The translations under genes were made by a program, and so were the position numbers. From assembly GCA_963666285.1 (NCBI GenBank), contig OY762711.1: DNA of 64,000 nucleotides; one strand, 5' to 3'. The DNA is from Sedimentisphaerales bacterium. Lineage in GTDB: Bacteria > Planctomycetota > Phycisphaerae > Sedimentisphaerales > SM23-30. The notes under the pieces are model-generated. The model was given only the letters and a program-made list of their open reading frames with translations, did no database searches and was not told the origin of the DNA. This document shows, one piece after another, positions 10,313-19,243 of this stretch; within the stretch, counting starts at the first letter, position 1; every line of letters begins with the position of its first letter.

Positions 10313-10462
10313 CAGTCACACCTTTCTTTCAACATCCACCACATAATACCCTAAAATCGAAACACTTACAACATTTTCAAAACAATCATCACTTGCGTCA
10401 GCCTTTCATTTTCGTGCTAAACAGTGATGTGAAGCATAAATTTTATATTATTGCTTCAAAAC

Positions 10463-10568
10463 CTTTGCGAACTTTGCGGGCTCTGCGAGATACATAAATT
10501 CTGATTCTATCTGGATAATTCAAAACCCGCCGTAAGGCGATTTAAACTAGCTTTCCGCCTCTGGCGGA
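10463..10568. repeat. Cluster of REP-like short repeats and palindromes
   Basis: CTTTGCG/CTTTGCG/CTCTGCG at 9-bp period (10463-10487); CGCC-GTAA-GGCG (10528-10539); TCCGCC-TCT-GGCGGA (10554-10568). Confidence 0.55.
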
Positions 10569-10604
10569 TTACCATAGCTTATTTCTTATTACTCTTACTT
10601 TCGC

Positions 10605-10654
10605 TGAACTGTCAAAAGTACGCCATGCATATTATGCAAAACATAAACCGCACT
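10605..10654 (+). repeat. Dispersed intergenic element, partial copy C
   Basis: GTCAAAAGTACGCCATGCATATTATGCAAAACATAAACCGCACT matches the 3' block of the copies at 12955..13152 and 41298..41486. Confidence 0.85.
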
Positions 10655-10879
10655 TACATAAACACTAAAATTAAAAGGAGTTAGAAAAAACAATGCGATA
10701 TATTACATTGGCTAGATCTAACCCATAAATACTTTTGCAGCAATAATAATTGGGCTAAAAACAGCGAAAAAATCTAATTATTTGTTGAGTTTTTTGCTAA
10801 TGACCATTAAAGTTATCATTCAGAATTAAAGTTCTTTAATGTTAAACAATTTCTGAACTCATGTATAGGAGCCAAGTTT

Positions 10880-12199
10880 ATGAGAAGGTTAACGGTATTT
10901 TTTTTATTAGCATTTTTTGTCGCGAGTAATGTTTATGCGATTAACGTCAAAAGAATAGGCGATAGTGCCGGCCCTGGCGGAGCTGGTGATTATAAAGGAG
11001 AAGGTGTTCTGAAGGGCATGCCTGACCCTGCAATTATTCAGGCAAAAGATGGATCATATTATATCTTTGCCACCGGCAAAGGCCTGCCTTTCTACCATTC
11101 AACTGACCTGCTGAACTGGACTGAAATCGGACGCGTCTTCGACAAAGCAGTTCCTGACTGGTCCAAAAAGGCAATTCCCGACACAGAAGGCATCTGGGCA
11201 CCCGATATTGTCAAACTAAATAATATGTTTTATGTTTATTACTCGGTCTCTTCTTTTGGCGCTCAAAAATCTGTGATAGGTGTTGCACGCAATAAAACCC
11301 TGGACCCGAAATCTCCTGACTATAAATGGGAAGACCAGGGCTTGGTTATAAAGTCATTCGCCACAAAAGAATATGACTACAATGCCATCGACCCGGCTGC
11401 AATCCAGACATCTGACGGTAAAGCCTATATTGTATGGGGCTCTCACTGGAACGGACTAAAGTTTGCTGAACTGAACCCTGAAACGGGCAAGCTTAAAGAA
11501 GGCACAAAGATTAAAACTGTAGCAACCCGCCAGCCGGTCGGCAAGCAAGCTATCGAAGGCGGCTACCTGGTACAGTATATGGGCTACTTCTACCTGATGG
11601 TATCTTTCGACAACTGTTGTGCAGGTGCTGAAAGCACATATAAAGTAATGGTCGGACGTGCCAAAAATATTGAAGGACCTTACCTTGACTTTGACGGCAA
11701 TGATATGGCCCAGGGCGGCGGCACTCTCGTATTGGCCAATAACGATAACTGGCGTGGTCCGGGACACAATTCTGTACTAACCACAGATAAAGGCCATTGG
11801 ATTGTTCACCATACCTACGATACAAATGATATCGGTGCCCAGCGTATCGGACAGATTAGGCCAATGTACTGGACTGAAGATCTTTGGCCGGTCGTAGGAG
11901 AGCCATTGAGCGATGATAATCTGATGTGTACTAAAAAGGCAAAAGTCACTTCAAGGGATATTGAAGGCAGCTGGCGACTTTCAAACAATTATGGTCCCGA
12001 AACCATTTATGACTTCCTGCCCGATGGAGTCATCGCCGGTCATAATAATGTCAAATGGGGCATCGCCGACAATGAAATAACAATCAAATGGAATATTAAC
12101 GGCAATGAATACATTGATAAATGTATTGTTGAGCCAAACAAAGATTCATTTATTGGCAGAAATAACGATGGCGCTGTAATTCGCGGCACAAAAATATAA
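10880..12199 (+). CDS. GH43 arabinan endo-1,5-alpha-L-arabinosidase-like protein, secreted
   Basis: Signal peptide; DPAII, IWAPD, NAIDP, AIEGG, GPGHNS motifs; extra C-terminal beta domain. Confidence 0.9.
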   Translation: MRRLTVFFLLAFFVASNVYAINVKRIGDSAGPGGAGDYKGEGVLKGMPDPAIIQAKDGSYYIFATGKGLPFYHSTDLLNWTEIGRVFDKAVPDWSKKAIPDTEGIWAPDIVKLNNMFYVYYSVSSFGAQKSVIGVARNKTLDPKSPDYKWEDQGLVIKSFATKEYDYNAIDPAAIQTSDGKAYIVWGSHWNGLKFAELNPETGKLKEGTKIKTVATRQPVGKQAIEGGYLVQYMGYFYLMVSFDNCCAGAESTYKVMVGRAKNIEGPYLDFDGNDMAQGGGTLVLANNDNWRGPGHNSVLTTDKGHWIVHHTYDTNDIGAQRIGQIRPMYWTEDLWPVVGEPLSDDNLMCTKKAKVTSRDIEGSWRLSNNYGPETIYDFLPDGVIAGHNNVKWGIADNEITIKWNINGNEYIDKCIVEPNKDSFIGRNNDGAVIRGTKI

Positions 12200-12220
12200 C
12201 ATTCTTTCGATATCAGAATT

Positions 12221-12260
12221 AAAAAAGGCAGGCCGGACTTAACAGTCTTTCCTGCCTTTT
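12221..12260. terminator. Bidirectional terminator between GH43 and pgpA
   Basis: AAAAGGCAGG...CCTGCCTTTT. Confidence 0.7.
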
Positions 12261-12285
12261 ACTTTAACCATAATAAACAGATCGC

Positions 12286-12807
12286 TTATCCGGCCAAAAG
12301 TATTCGACCGGCCTGTAAGATAACCCCGGCATACACGCCCGCTGCAATATCATCAAATAACACACCCCATTTGCTCTTTTGCCTGTCAAAATAACTTGCA
12401 GGCCAGATTTTTATAATATCAAATACACGGAACAGAAAAAAACCGGCTGCAAAATAGTATATTATGTGACTGGCTGGCATTTGGTCCCAACTAAGGAGCC
12501 AGAACAGGGTTATTGCCTGGCCGGAAACCTCATCTGAGACAATCATTCCGGGATCATCGCCGTAATTTTCAATCCCCTTATCACCAAAGTATATCGTAGC
12601 CCAAAAGCCATAAATAAATAGCAATACAAGAGTTAGAGCGACAATCAGAGTCGACTTAAAGATAAAGGCAACCGCAAAAGCGATCAGGGCCGTCCAAAGC
12701 GAACCCCATGTACCGGGAGCAAAAGGCATAAAGCCCATACCGAAAGCGGATAAAAAAAGTTTATACGGTTCTATTTTTTTGATTTCTTTTTCATTCATTA
12801 TCATCAA
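12286..12807 (-). CDS. pgpA: Phosphatidylglycerophosphatase A
   Basis: GFMPFAPGTWGS, DPGMIVSDEVSGQ, FRVFDIIKIWP, GVLFDDIAAG; exact start uncertain (several Met codons). Confidence 0.93.
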   Translation of the reverse strand: MMIMNEKEIKKIEPYKLFLSAFGMGFMPFAPGTWGSLWTALIAFAVAFIFKSTLIVALTLVLLFIYGFWATIYFGDKGIENYGDDPGMIVSDEVSGQAITLFWLLSWDQMPASHIIYYFAAGFFLFRVFDIIKIWPASYFDRQKSKWGVLFDDIAAGVYAGVILQAGRILLAG

Positions 12808-12954
12808 CCTTAAGTATTTTTATCGCAAGCAAATGCAGTATAAGATTTTAGGTTACGGTTTACACTTGCTTTTTATCTCTATTTGGGACTATTATATTAG
12901 GGTTATAACTTGCTATTTTCAAGTTTCAATAAATATCAATTATGTATTAGTAGA

Positions 12955-13152
12955 CTTTTGCAGTTTTTAAGTTGCATAAATCGCCTAAAAGGGCCTTCCT
13001 GCAACGCTTTGAATTAAATATTCTTTCGAGAATTAGCTCGGAAATACATTTAAATATGAAGTTTTTCATTCACAAGGCCCTGTTTCGGCTTTGCGTGTAA
13101 TGTTAACAGTCAAAAGTGCGCCATGCATATGATGCAAAGCATAAACCGCACT
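12955..13152 (+). repeat. Dispersed ~200 bp intergenic element, full copy A
   Basis: Two conserved blocks shared with the reverse complement of 41298..41486, separated by a diverged middle. Confidence 0.88.
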
Positions 13153-13201
13153 ATTATTATCTGTCTTGATATAAATAAAACTCAAGTTAGGAAACCGCTT
13201 T

Positions 13202-15022
13202 ATGGGCATAGTATCAGATAATTACGAAAAGTTAAAAAGCCAGGCAAAGATTCGCTACGATGAAATTGCCGCCAAAACAAAATACGAAATTCAGATCGGA
13301 TCAGCAACCTGCGAAAATGCTGCTGGTGCTAATGATGTCTGCCGGGAATTGACCGCCCTGGTTGAATGTAACTCTCGCGAAGACATTACTATCAAAAGAG
13401 TCGGATGCACCGGGCAATGCAGTATAGAGCCAATAGTATCGGTTATCAGTGCTGATGGCAATGCTGTAAAATACTGCAAGGTAGACGTGGATTTTGCTAA
13501 ACAAATCTATAACGACCACATTGCCGAAGGCAAAGACGTAGAAGATAACGTTGTTAAAGAAAATAAAAAACAATTGCGTCTGGCATTAAGAAACAGCGGT
13601 AAAATCGACCCGGAATGCCTGGGTGATTATGTTAAAAATAATGGATACAAAGCCCTTGCAACTGTGCTGGAAAAAAATGATTCCAACTGGGTACTCGAAC
13701 AAATAAAAATATCAAATCTGCGAGGCCGAGGCGGCGGCGGATATCCGACCGGCATGAAATGGCAGGCTGCTGCGGATCAGAAAAGTAAAATAAAATATAT
13801 AATTTGTAATGCCGACGAAGGTGATCCAGGCGCATTTATGGACCGGTCAATGCTCGAAGGCGACCCATTCAGCATCATCGAAGGTATGACTCTTGGCGCT
13901 TTTGCAATTGGAGCAACAAGCGGCTACCTGTATATTCGAGCAGAATATCCTCTGGCCATTGAGCGAATTGAAAAGGCTATTGTACAAGCTAGAGCTAATA
14001 ACCTGCTTGGCGAAAATATCCTTGGCAGCGAAATGAGCTTTGATCTCGAAGTAAGACTTGGTGCCGGAGCCTTCGTTTGCGGAGAAGAAACAGCTCTTAT
14101 CCAGAGTATTGAAGGCCGTCGCGGCCAGCCAAAAATCCGACCGCCATTTCCTTCTCAAAAAGGTCTTTGGGGATATCCAACAGTAATTAACAACGTAGAA
14201 ACCTGGACTAATATCCCGGTAATTATTAACGACGGTCCAGAGCAGTTCGCTGAGGCCGGAACCGAGCGAAGCGGTGGAACTAAAGTGTTTGCTCTTGCCG
14301 GCAAAATCAAAAATACCGGCCTTGTGGAAGTTCCAATGGGTACTACCCTGCGTGAAATTGTATATGAAGTAGGCGGCGGCGTACCTGACGGCCATGAACT
14401 AAAAGCTGTACAGACCGGCGGTCCTGCCGGCGGCTGTCTGCCAATCTCAATGATAGATACCCCGGTTGATTTTGATACGCTGCAGGCAGCAGGCTCAATC
14501 ATGGGTTCCGGCGGTATGATCATAATGGATGACACCGACTGTATGGTTGATGTTGCCAGATTCTTCCTGGAATTTACCAAAAGCGAATCCTGTGGAAAAT
14601 GTACTCCATGCCGCGAAGGAACTACCAGGATGCTGGAAATCCTTGATAAAATTACTGAAGGCAAAGCAGATACAAAAGACCTGGACAACCTCAAGAGACT
14701 GGCACTACTGGTCAAAAAAGCCTCTCTTTGCGGGTTAGGCCGCGCTGCTCCTAACCCTGTACTCAGTACACTGGAAAACTTCAAAGAAGAATACGAAGCT
14801 CATGTAATAGATAAAAAATGTCCGGCAGGCAAATGCAAAAAACTTATCAGCTATTCGATCATTGAAGACAAATGTGTTGGCTGTACAGCTTGTGCCAGGG
14901 CATGTCCCGTCAGCTGCATAAGCGGCAAAGTCAAAGAGCCGCATATTATTAATCAGGAAGAATGTATCAAGTGCGGCAGATGCTTCGATGTATGTAAGTT
15001 CGACGCTGTAGCTAAAAGCTAA
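13202..15022 (+). CDS. NuoF/HydB-like NAD(H)-binding flavin Fe-S subunit (beta subunit of HydABC-type complexes)
   Basis: N-terminal thioredoxin-like [2Fe-2S] domain, LRGRGGGGYPTG, CNADEGDPGAFMDRS, GAGAFVCGEETAL, ESCGKCTPCREG, C-terminal 2x[4Fe-4S] CVGCTACARACP / CIKCGRCFDVC. Confidence 0.93.
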   Translation: MGIVSDNYEKLKSQAKIRYDEIAAKTKYEIQIGSATCENAAGANDVCRELTALVECNSREDITIKRVGCTGQCSIEPIVSVISADGNAVKYCKVDVDFAKQIYNDHIAEGKDVEDNVVKENKKQLRLALRNSGKIDPECLGDYVKNNGYKALATVLEKNDSNWVLEQIKISNLRGRGGGGYPTGMKWQAAADQKSKIKYIICNADEGDPGAFMDRSMLEGDPFSIIEGMTLGAFAIGATSGYLYIRAEYPLAIERIEKAIVQARANNLLGENILGSEMSFDLEVRLGAGAFVCGEETALIQSIEGRRGQPKIRPPFPSQKGLWGYPTVINNVETWTNIPVIINDGPEQFAEAGTERSGGTKVFALAGKIKNTGLVEVPMGTTLREIVYEVGGGVPDGHELKAVQTGGPAGGCLPISMIDTPVDFDTLQAAGSIMGSGGMIIMDDTDCMVDVARFFLEFTKSESCGKCTPCREGTTRMLEILDKITEGKADTKDLDNLKRLALLVKKASLCGLGRAAPNPVLSTLENFKEEYEAHVIDKKCPAGKCKKLISYSIIEDKCVGCTACARACPVSCISGKVKEPHIINQEECIKCGRCFDVCKFDAVAKS

Positions 15023-15052
15023 CTATTCCTGACAAAAAAACATATATTGAAA

Positions 15053-15081
15053 AGGGCCGTAGTTAAATTAACTATGGCCCT
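15053..15081. terminator. Terminator between the nuoF-like and URO-D-like genes
   Basis: AGGGCCGTAGTTAAATTAACTATGGCCCT hairpin. Confidence 0.7.
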
Positions 15082-15132
15082 CTCTATTTCCAACGTTAAA
15101 CCGGTATGCAATAGCTCGAATAAAGATGCAAC

Positions 15133-16179
15133 CTAAGCTGAGCAGCAGTTAATATCATTTACTGCACCAATAAAGGCATTTATATTCTCCGTCGAAACAT
15201 CCATTGGCATCCCCCCACCACAAGATGCAATTATTCTCGTCGTATCTTCCAGCGTTCCGAAAGCATCTTTCACACTTTCCCGTACCTGCTGTGGAGTGCC
15301 AAGTGCCAGGACATCACGAGGAGGAATATTGCCAAGCAAAACTACTTTATTGCCTGTCCACTGTTTCATTTCTTCCATAGAATGCAAAAAACTGAAGTTA
15401 AACATATTTATACCCAAATCTGCAAGATGAGGAGAACTCGCCCTGCCGTCTGCATCATTGTGGAAAAATTTAACAGATACATCAAAACTGTCAAATATTG
15501 CTTTCAAATATGGTTTGGTAAATTCATGATAATCAGGCTCACCACAAAAACCAACAATATCATCAAGTATTAAGATACCGTCGATAGTATCAAATTCTTT
15601 TTTCTGAAGCTCAAGCCACTTAATAGTATAGTCTGTTATGATTTGAAGCAACTTATGAATTTTATCGGTATCAGTTCTTAAGGCCATCAAAAACTCTGTT
15701 GCGCCCATCAGGAAAGTTCCTATATTTAACGGTCCGCGAGCAATTGCAAATCGGATAGAATGTCCCACACTCTCAATCTTTTTACGATTGATACGAAGCC
15801 GGTTCAAGACAAACGGAGCTAAACCATCATGTTCAACTTTCGGCATCTTCATTCGATCAATATCTTCAATATCATGTATAATTCTATCTGCATGAGGCAG
15901 ATCATTTTGCTGCCAGCTGCATTTGGCGCCAAAAGCAGAAGGCTCCGTACACATTCCATACTCAGACCAGAAACCCGGCAAAAACATTACATCAGGAAAG
16001 GTCTCTATCGCCCTTTTATTTGTATCAAACCAGAGCTCATCATTAGTAAAATAATCCAAAGTGGATATCCCGGCCCAACCGGGCAGCCAAGGGCTGTCAA
16101 TGATAAAACCTGTCGGAATTTTTGTATTCTCTTTTCCAGCTATTACATCAAGCAGTAACTGCCATTGTGAGTCATTCAT
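15133..16179 (-). CDS. Uroporphyrinogen decarboxylase / MtaA-MtbA methyltransferase superfamily protein
   Basis: GPLNIGTFLMG, LLGNIPPRDVLALGTPQQVRE, IASCGGG; lacks the HemE RQAGR motif. Confidence 0.85.
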   Translation of the reverse strand: MNDSQWQLLLDVIAGKENTKIPTGFIIDSPWLPGWAGISTLDYFTNDELWFDTNKRAIETFPDVMFLPGFWSEYGMCTEPSAFGAKCSWQQNDLPHADRIIHDIEDIDRMKMPKVEHDGLAPFVLNRLRINRKKIESVGHSIRFAIARGPLNIGTFLMGATEFLMALRTDTDKIHKLLQIITDYTIKWLELQKKEFDTIDGILILDDIVGFCGEPDYHEFTKPYLKAIFDSFDVSVKFFHNDADGRASSPHLADLGINMFNFSFLHSMEEMKQWTGNKVVLLGNIPPRDVLALGTPQQVRESVKDAFGTLEDTTRIIASCGGGMPMDVSTENINAFIGAVNDINCCSA

Positions 16180-16351
16180 TTATATTACTCCTAAAACAGA
16201 GTACGCTTACGTACTTCTGACTATTTGACACTAAAAGTAAAGTCTCTAAGGCTTTCACCAAATACACTTTGTTACAACTTGAATAGTGCAAACGTCAATA
16301 CAGATATATTTTACCATATTGTATTATATGGTATTTGTAACAACAACAAAA

Positions 16352-16380
16352 TTGACAAAAATTGCGTTTTATTGTATAAT
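16352..16380 (+). promoter_or_regulatory. Consensus sigma70 promoter of the AraC gene
   Basis: TTGACA-N17-TATAAT, perfect match. Confidence 0.85.
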
Positions 16381-16387
16381 AATGACC

Positions 16388-17284
16388 ATGCATAGATATA
16401 TACGCATAAAGAAACAGGATTATTATCCCCAAACCGCAGCTATATTTCATAACTCGGAACCATATTTCCCTATCATCTGGCATACTGCCACAGACCAGGA
16501 TAAGCCCATAGGCAGCAAAAGCACTTTTTCGGAACACATCCACGATTATTATCACATTGTAATATACAGCAAAGGGAATGGTTTCTATTCAAGAGACGGC
16601 ATATTTGAAGCTGCCGAACCGGGACACTGCGTACTGACACACCCGGGCCAAAAACACGATTTTGCATCCCGGATGAAATCTGCTGTTTATTCTGAAATCA
16701 CATTTTCGTACCAGACTCCGGCAGAAAAAAACAGCAAACTGACATTTAATGAGCTTCTATCAAAATTCGCAGGAACAGAATGCTGTCTCAAAAAAACAAT
16801 TATTCTGCCAAGAGAATCACAAAACACTTTCCACAAGTATATAACACAGACAACCGACTATTTGAACAGTACACACCCAAGAGCCCTGTATTATGCCTGT
16901 TGGACTCTGGAGCATATTTTCAATTATTTAATTGATAACTGCTGTGACCAGGAACAAACATCAATCGTTGATGATAGAATCACACAAATACAAATCTGGA
17001 TCGAACAAAACTATATTGACAATCTGTCAATGGATGACCTGGCCAAAAAAGCCGGGCTAAGTAAAGGATATTTCTTTAGAGCATTTAAAAAGGCGTTCGG
17101 CATCGCCCCTCTTTCCTACCAGCAACAACTGAGAATAGAAGCCGCTAAAACATTGCTCAAAACAACTTCATTGCGATGTAACGAAATCGCTTACAGGGTA
17201 GGATTTAACGATGTCTATTTCTTCCATCGAATCTTCAAAAAACTTGTAGGGCTTACACCAAACCAATATAGAAAAACAGGCTAA
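16388..17284 (+). CDS. AraC-family transcriptional regulator
   Basis: Cupin HIHDYYHI...PGQKH plus C-terminal HTH (LAKKAGLSKGYFFRAFKK...IAYRVGFNDVYFFHRIFKKLVGLTPNQYR). Start moved to 16388 because earlier starts overlap or precede the promoter. Confidence 0.9.
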   Translation: MHRYIRIKKQDYYPQTAAIFHNSEPYFPIIWHTATDQDKPIGSKSTFSEHIHDYYHIVIYSKGNGFYSRDGIFEAAEPGHCVLTHPGQKHDFASRMKSAVYSEITFSYQTPAEKNSKLTFNELLSKFAGTECCLKKTIILPRESQNTFHKYITQTTDYLNSTHPRALYYACWTLEHIFNYLIDNCCDQEQTSIVDDRITQIQIWIEQNYIDNLSMDDLAKKAGLSKGYFFRAFKKAFGIAPLSYQQQLRIEAAKTLLKTTSLRCNEIAYRVGFNDVYFFHRIFKKLVGLTPNQYRKTG

Positions 17285-17293
17285 TACGCCCCC

Positions 17294-18388
17294 CTATTTT
17301 AGCTTGGGAAGTTCTACAGTAAACTGCATATCCTTGCCCACCTTCCAGGCATTTGACTTATCCTCAGATATTCTTGCCAGATATGGAGAAAACGTTTTAA
17401 CCTTTACAGTTTTACCATCAGGCAGAAACTCCAATATGCGTATCCATCCTTCACCACCTTTTGTTGCCCATTGGGCATTAAACATCATCTGATGCACAAA
17501 CCGACCATCATCATAAGTATCTTTTCTATACCCGACAGCCAAAGCATCCCAGATTGCCTTTACATCTCCGGGATTCGGCCCGGTTTTTTCATAGGCCTTA
17601 TAATGACCATTAAAAACAAATTCAAAATTAGAATATTTAGCGACAAAATTATCCCATAATTCCCGGCCGCAGTTAGCCGAACCAACCTTGCTGACACCAT
17701 AGCTATAAGGACTGTTTTTTGTCCCTGGCGTTGTGTGAAGAGCCATGCCATTATCGTTGAACAAAGTTGACTCCTGATCAACAAACTCATGAGTAACCAA
17801 GATAAATGACTGTTTTTTATGTTGTGCCGCAATCTCATCAGCCCAGTGGACAACTTCATCTCGCGGGCCAAATTCCAGAGAAAAGATAATATAATCCCGC
17901 CCGCCATATTTGAATTTATACCAGGCATTTTCCAAATGGCCATCTTCGTAATATCCGCCAAATATTTTTTCATTTAGAGGATTATCAGATATGCTTACGT
18001 AATCATTCAGCATCGTAGAGCGATCACTGGAGTTTTTACCCAAATCGTGATTACCGACTGAAAGCACATATGGAAGCTCTCCGTCTAAAACCTTCAGGCT
18101 ATCTTTAGCACGTTCCCACTGTTCTAGCTTATTGGCATCAACAATATCACCCACATGAAGTACAAGCTGAAGATTCAATTTGTCTTTATTGTCAACAAGC
18201 CATCGTGTAATTTCAGTAAAGAGAGGTGCATTTTCTTCACTTCTGACATAATATTGCGTATCAGGAATAACTGCTATAGACCACGATCGCTGCTTAGCTG
18301 GTTGAGCCTGAGAAAAAGCTATGCAGTTACATAAAACAACAGAAACCAACAAACAATACTTCACAAACAAACGTCGCGATACAAACAT
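17294..18388 (-). CDS. Secreted calcineurin-like metallophosphoesterase
   Basis: Signal peptide; PDTQ, HVGDIVD, GNHD, THE and GHY motifs. Confidence 0.88.
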   Translation of the reverse strand: MFVSRRLFVKYCLLVSVVLCNCIAFSQAQPAKQRSWSIAVIPDTQYYVRSEENAPLFTEITRWLVDNKDKLNLQLVLHVGDIVDANKLEQWERAKDSLKVLDGELPYVLSVGNHDLGKNSSDRSTMLNDYVSISDNPLNEKIFGGYYEDGHLENAWYKFKYGGRDYIIFSLEFGPRDEVVHWADEIAAQHKKQSFILVTHEFVDQESTLFNDNGMALHTTPGTKNSPYSYGVSKVGSANCGRELWDNFVAKYSNFEFVFNGHYKAYEKTGPNPGDVKAIWDALAVGYRKDTYDDGRFVHQMMFNAQWATKGGEGWIRILEFLPDGKTVKVKTFSPYLARISEDKSNAWKVGKDMQFTVELPKLK

Positions 18389-18444
18389 TTCAATACTTTC
18401 TTTCTAAATATTCTTTTTTAATACAATCAACAATTTTCAAGGGA

Positions 18445-19221
18445 TTATATAATATAATCGTCTGCATTTCCAATATCGCCGGTCACAAAACTTTGAACAA
18501 CCGGGTTGTGGCTTTCTTTTATTAGGCTGCTATCACCATCAGCGATAATATCACCTTTATCCAGCATTATTATCCGATCTGCTATTGTATAAGCACTTTT
18601 CATATCATGCGTAACCACAATAGAAGTAATATTCAGATGCTCCTGCATCCTGGCAATTAGTTTACTAATAGCATCTGTCCTTAAAGGATCAAGCCCAGTA
18701 GTCGGTTCATCGTAAAAAACTACCTCCGGTTCCAGGGAGATAGCCCGGGCTAAGGCAATTCGTTTCTGTTGGCCGCCAGAGAGTTGAGAAGGATAACGAT
18801 CCATTGTGTCGGCCAAACCAACAAGCTCAAGCTTTTCCTTGACTATTTTCATTATCTCCGTCTCAGATTTATTTGTATGCATATACAAAGGAAATGCTAC
18901 ATTATACGCTACAGACTGAGAATCAAATAAAGCGCCAGATTGAAACAAAAAACCGGTTCGTTTACGAATATCAATCAGTTTACTTTCGCTAAGATTATCA
19001 ATTCGCTCACCGTTAAACAACACTTCCCCAGAGTTCGGCCGCATCAGCGTAGTCATAATCTTAAGTGTGACAGTTTTACCGCAGCCGCTCGGACCAATAA
19101 TTACAGTGGATTTACCTCGCTCAATGTCCAGGTTAAAATCTTTTAAGATATAGTTTCGCCTATCGAAAGATTTACTAATACCTTTTAATTCAAATATTGG
19201 ATTGTCTATTTTTCTTGCCAT
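18445..19221 (-). CDS. mlaF: ABC transporter ATP-binding protein, MlaF/Mkl type
   Basis: GPSGCGKT, FQSGALFDS, LSGGQQKR, YDEPTTGLDP, VVTHD. Confidence 0.9.
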   Translation of the reverse strand: MARKIDNPIFELKGISKSFDRRNYILKDFNLDIERGKSTVIIGPSGCGKTVTLKIMTTLMRPNSGEVLFNGERIDNLSESKLIDIRKRTGFLFQSGALFDSQSVAYNVAFPLYMHTNKSETEIMKIVKEKLELVGLADTMDRYPSQLSGGQQKRIALARAISLEPEVVFYDEPTTGLDPLRTDAISKLIARMQEHLNITSIVVTHDMKSAYTIADRIIMLDKGDIIADGDSSLIKESHNPVVQSFVTGDIGNADDYII

Positions 19222-19243
19222 AAATTACTGAAAACCAACCCTC

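Noticed and set aside
13108..13125. TGGCGCACTTTTGAC in the dispersed repeat resembling a sigma54 box
   Set aside because: The -12 dinucleotide is AC rather than GC in all three copies
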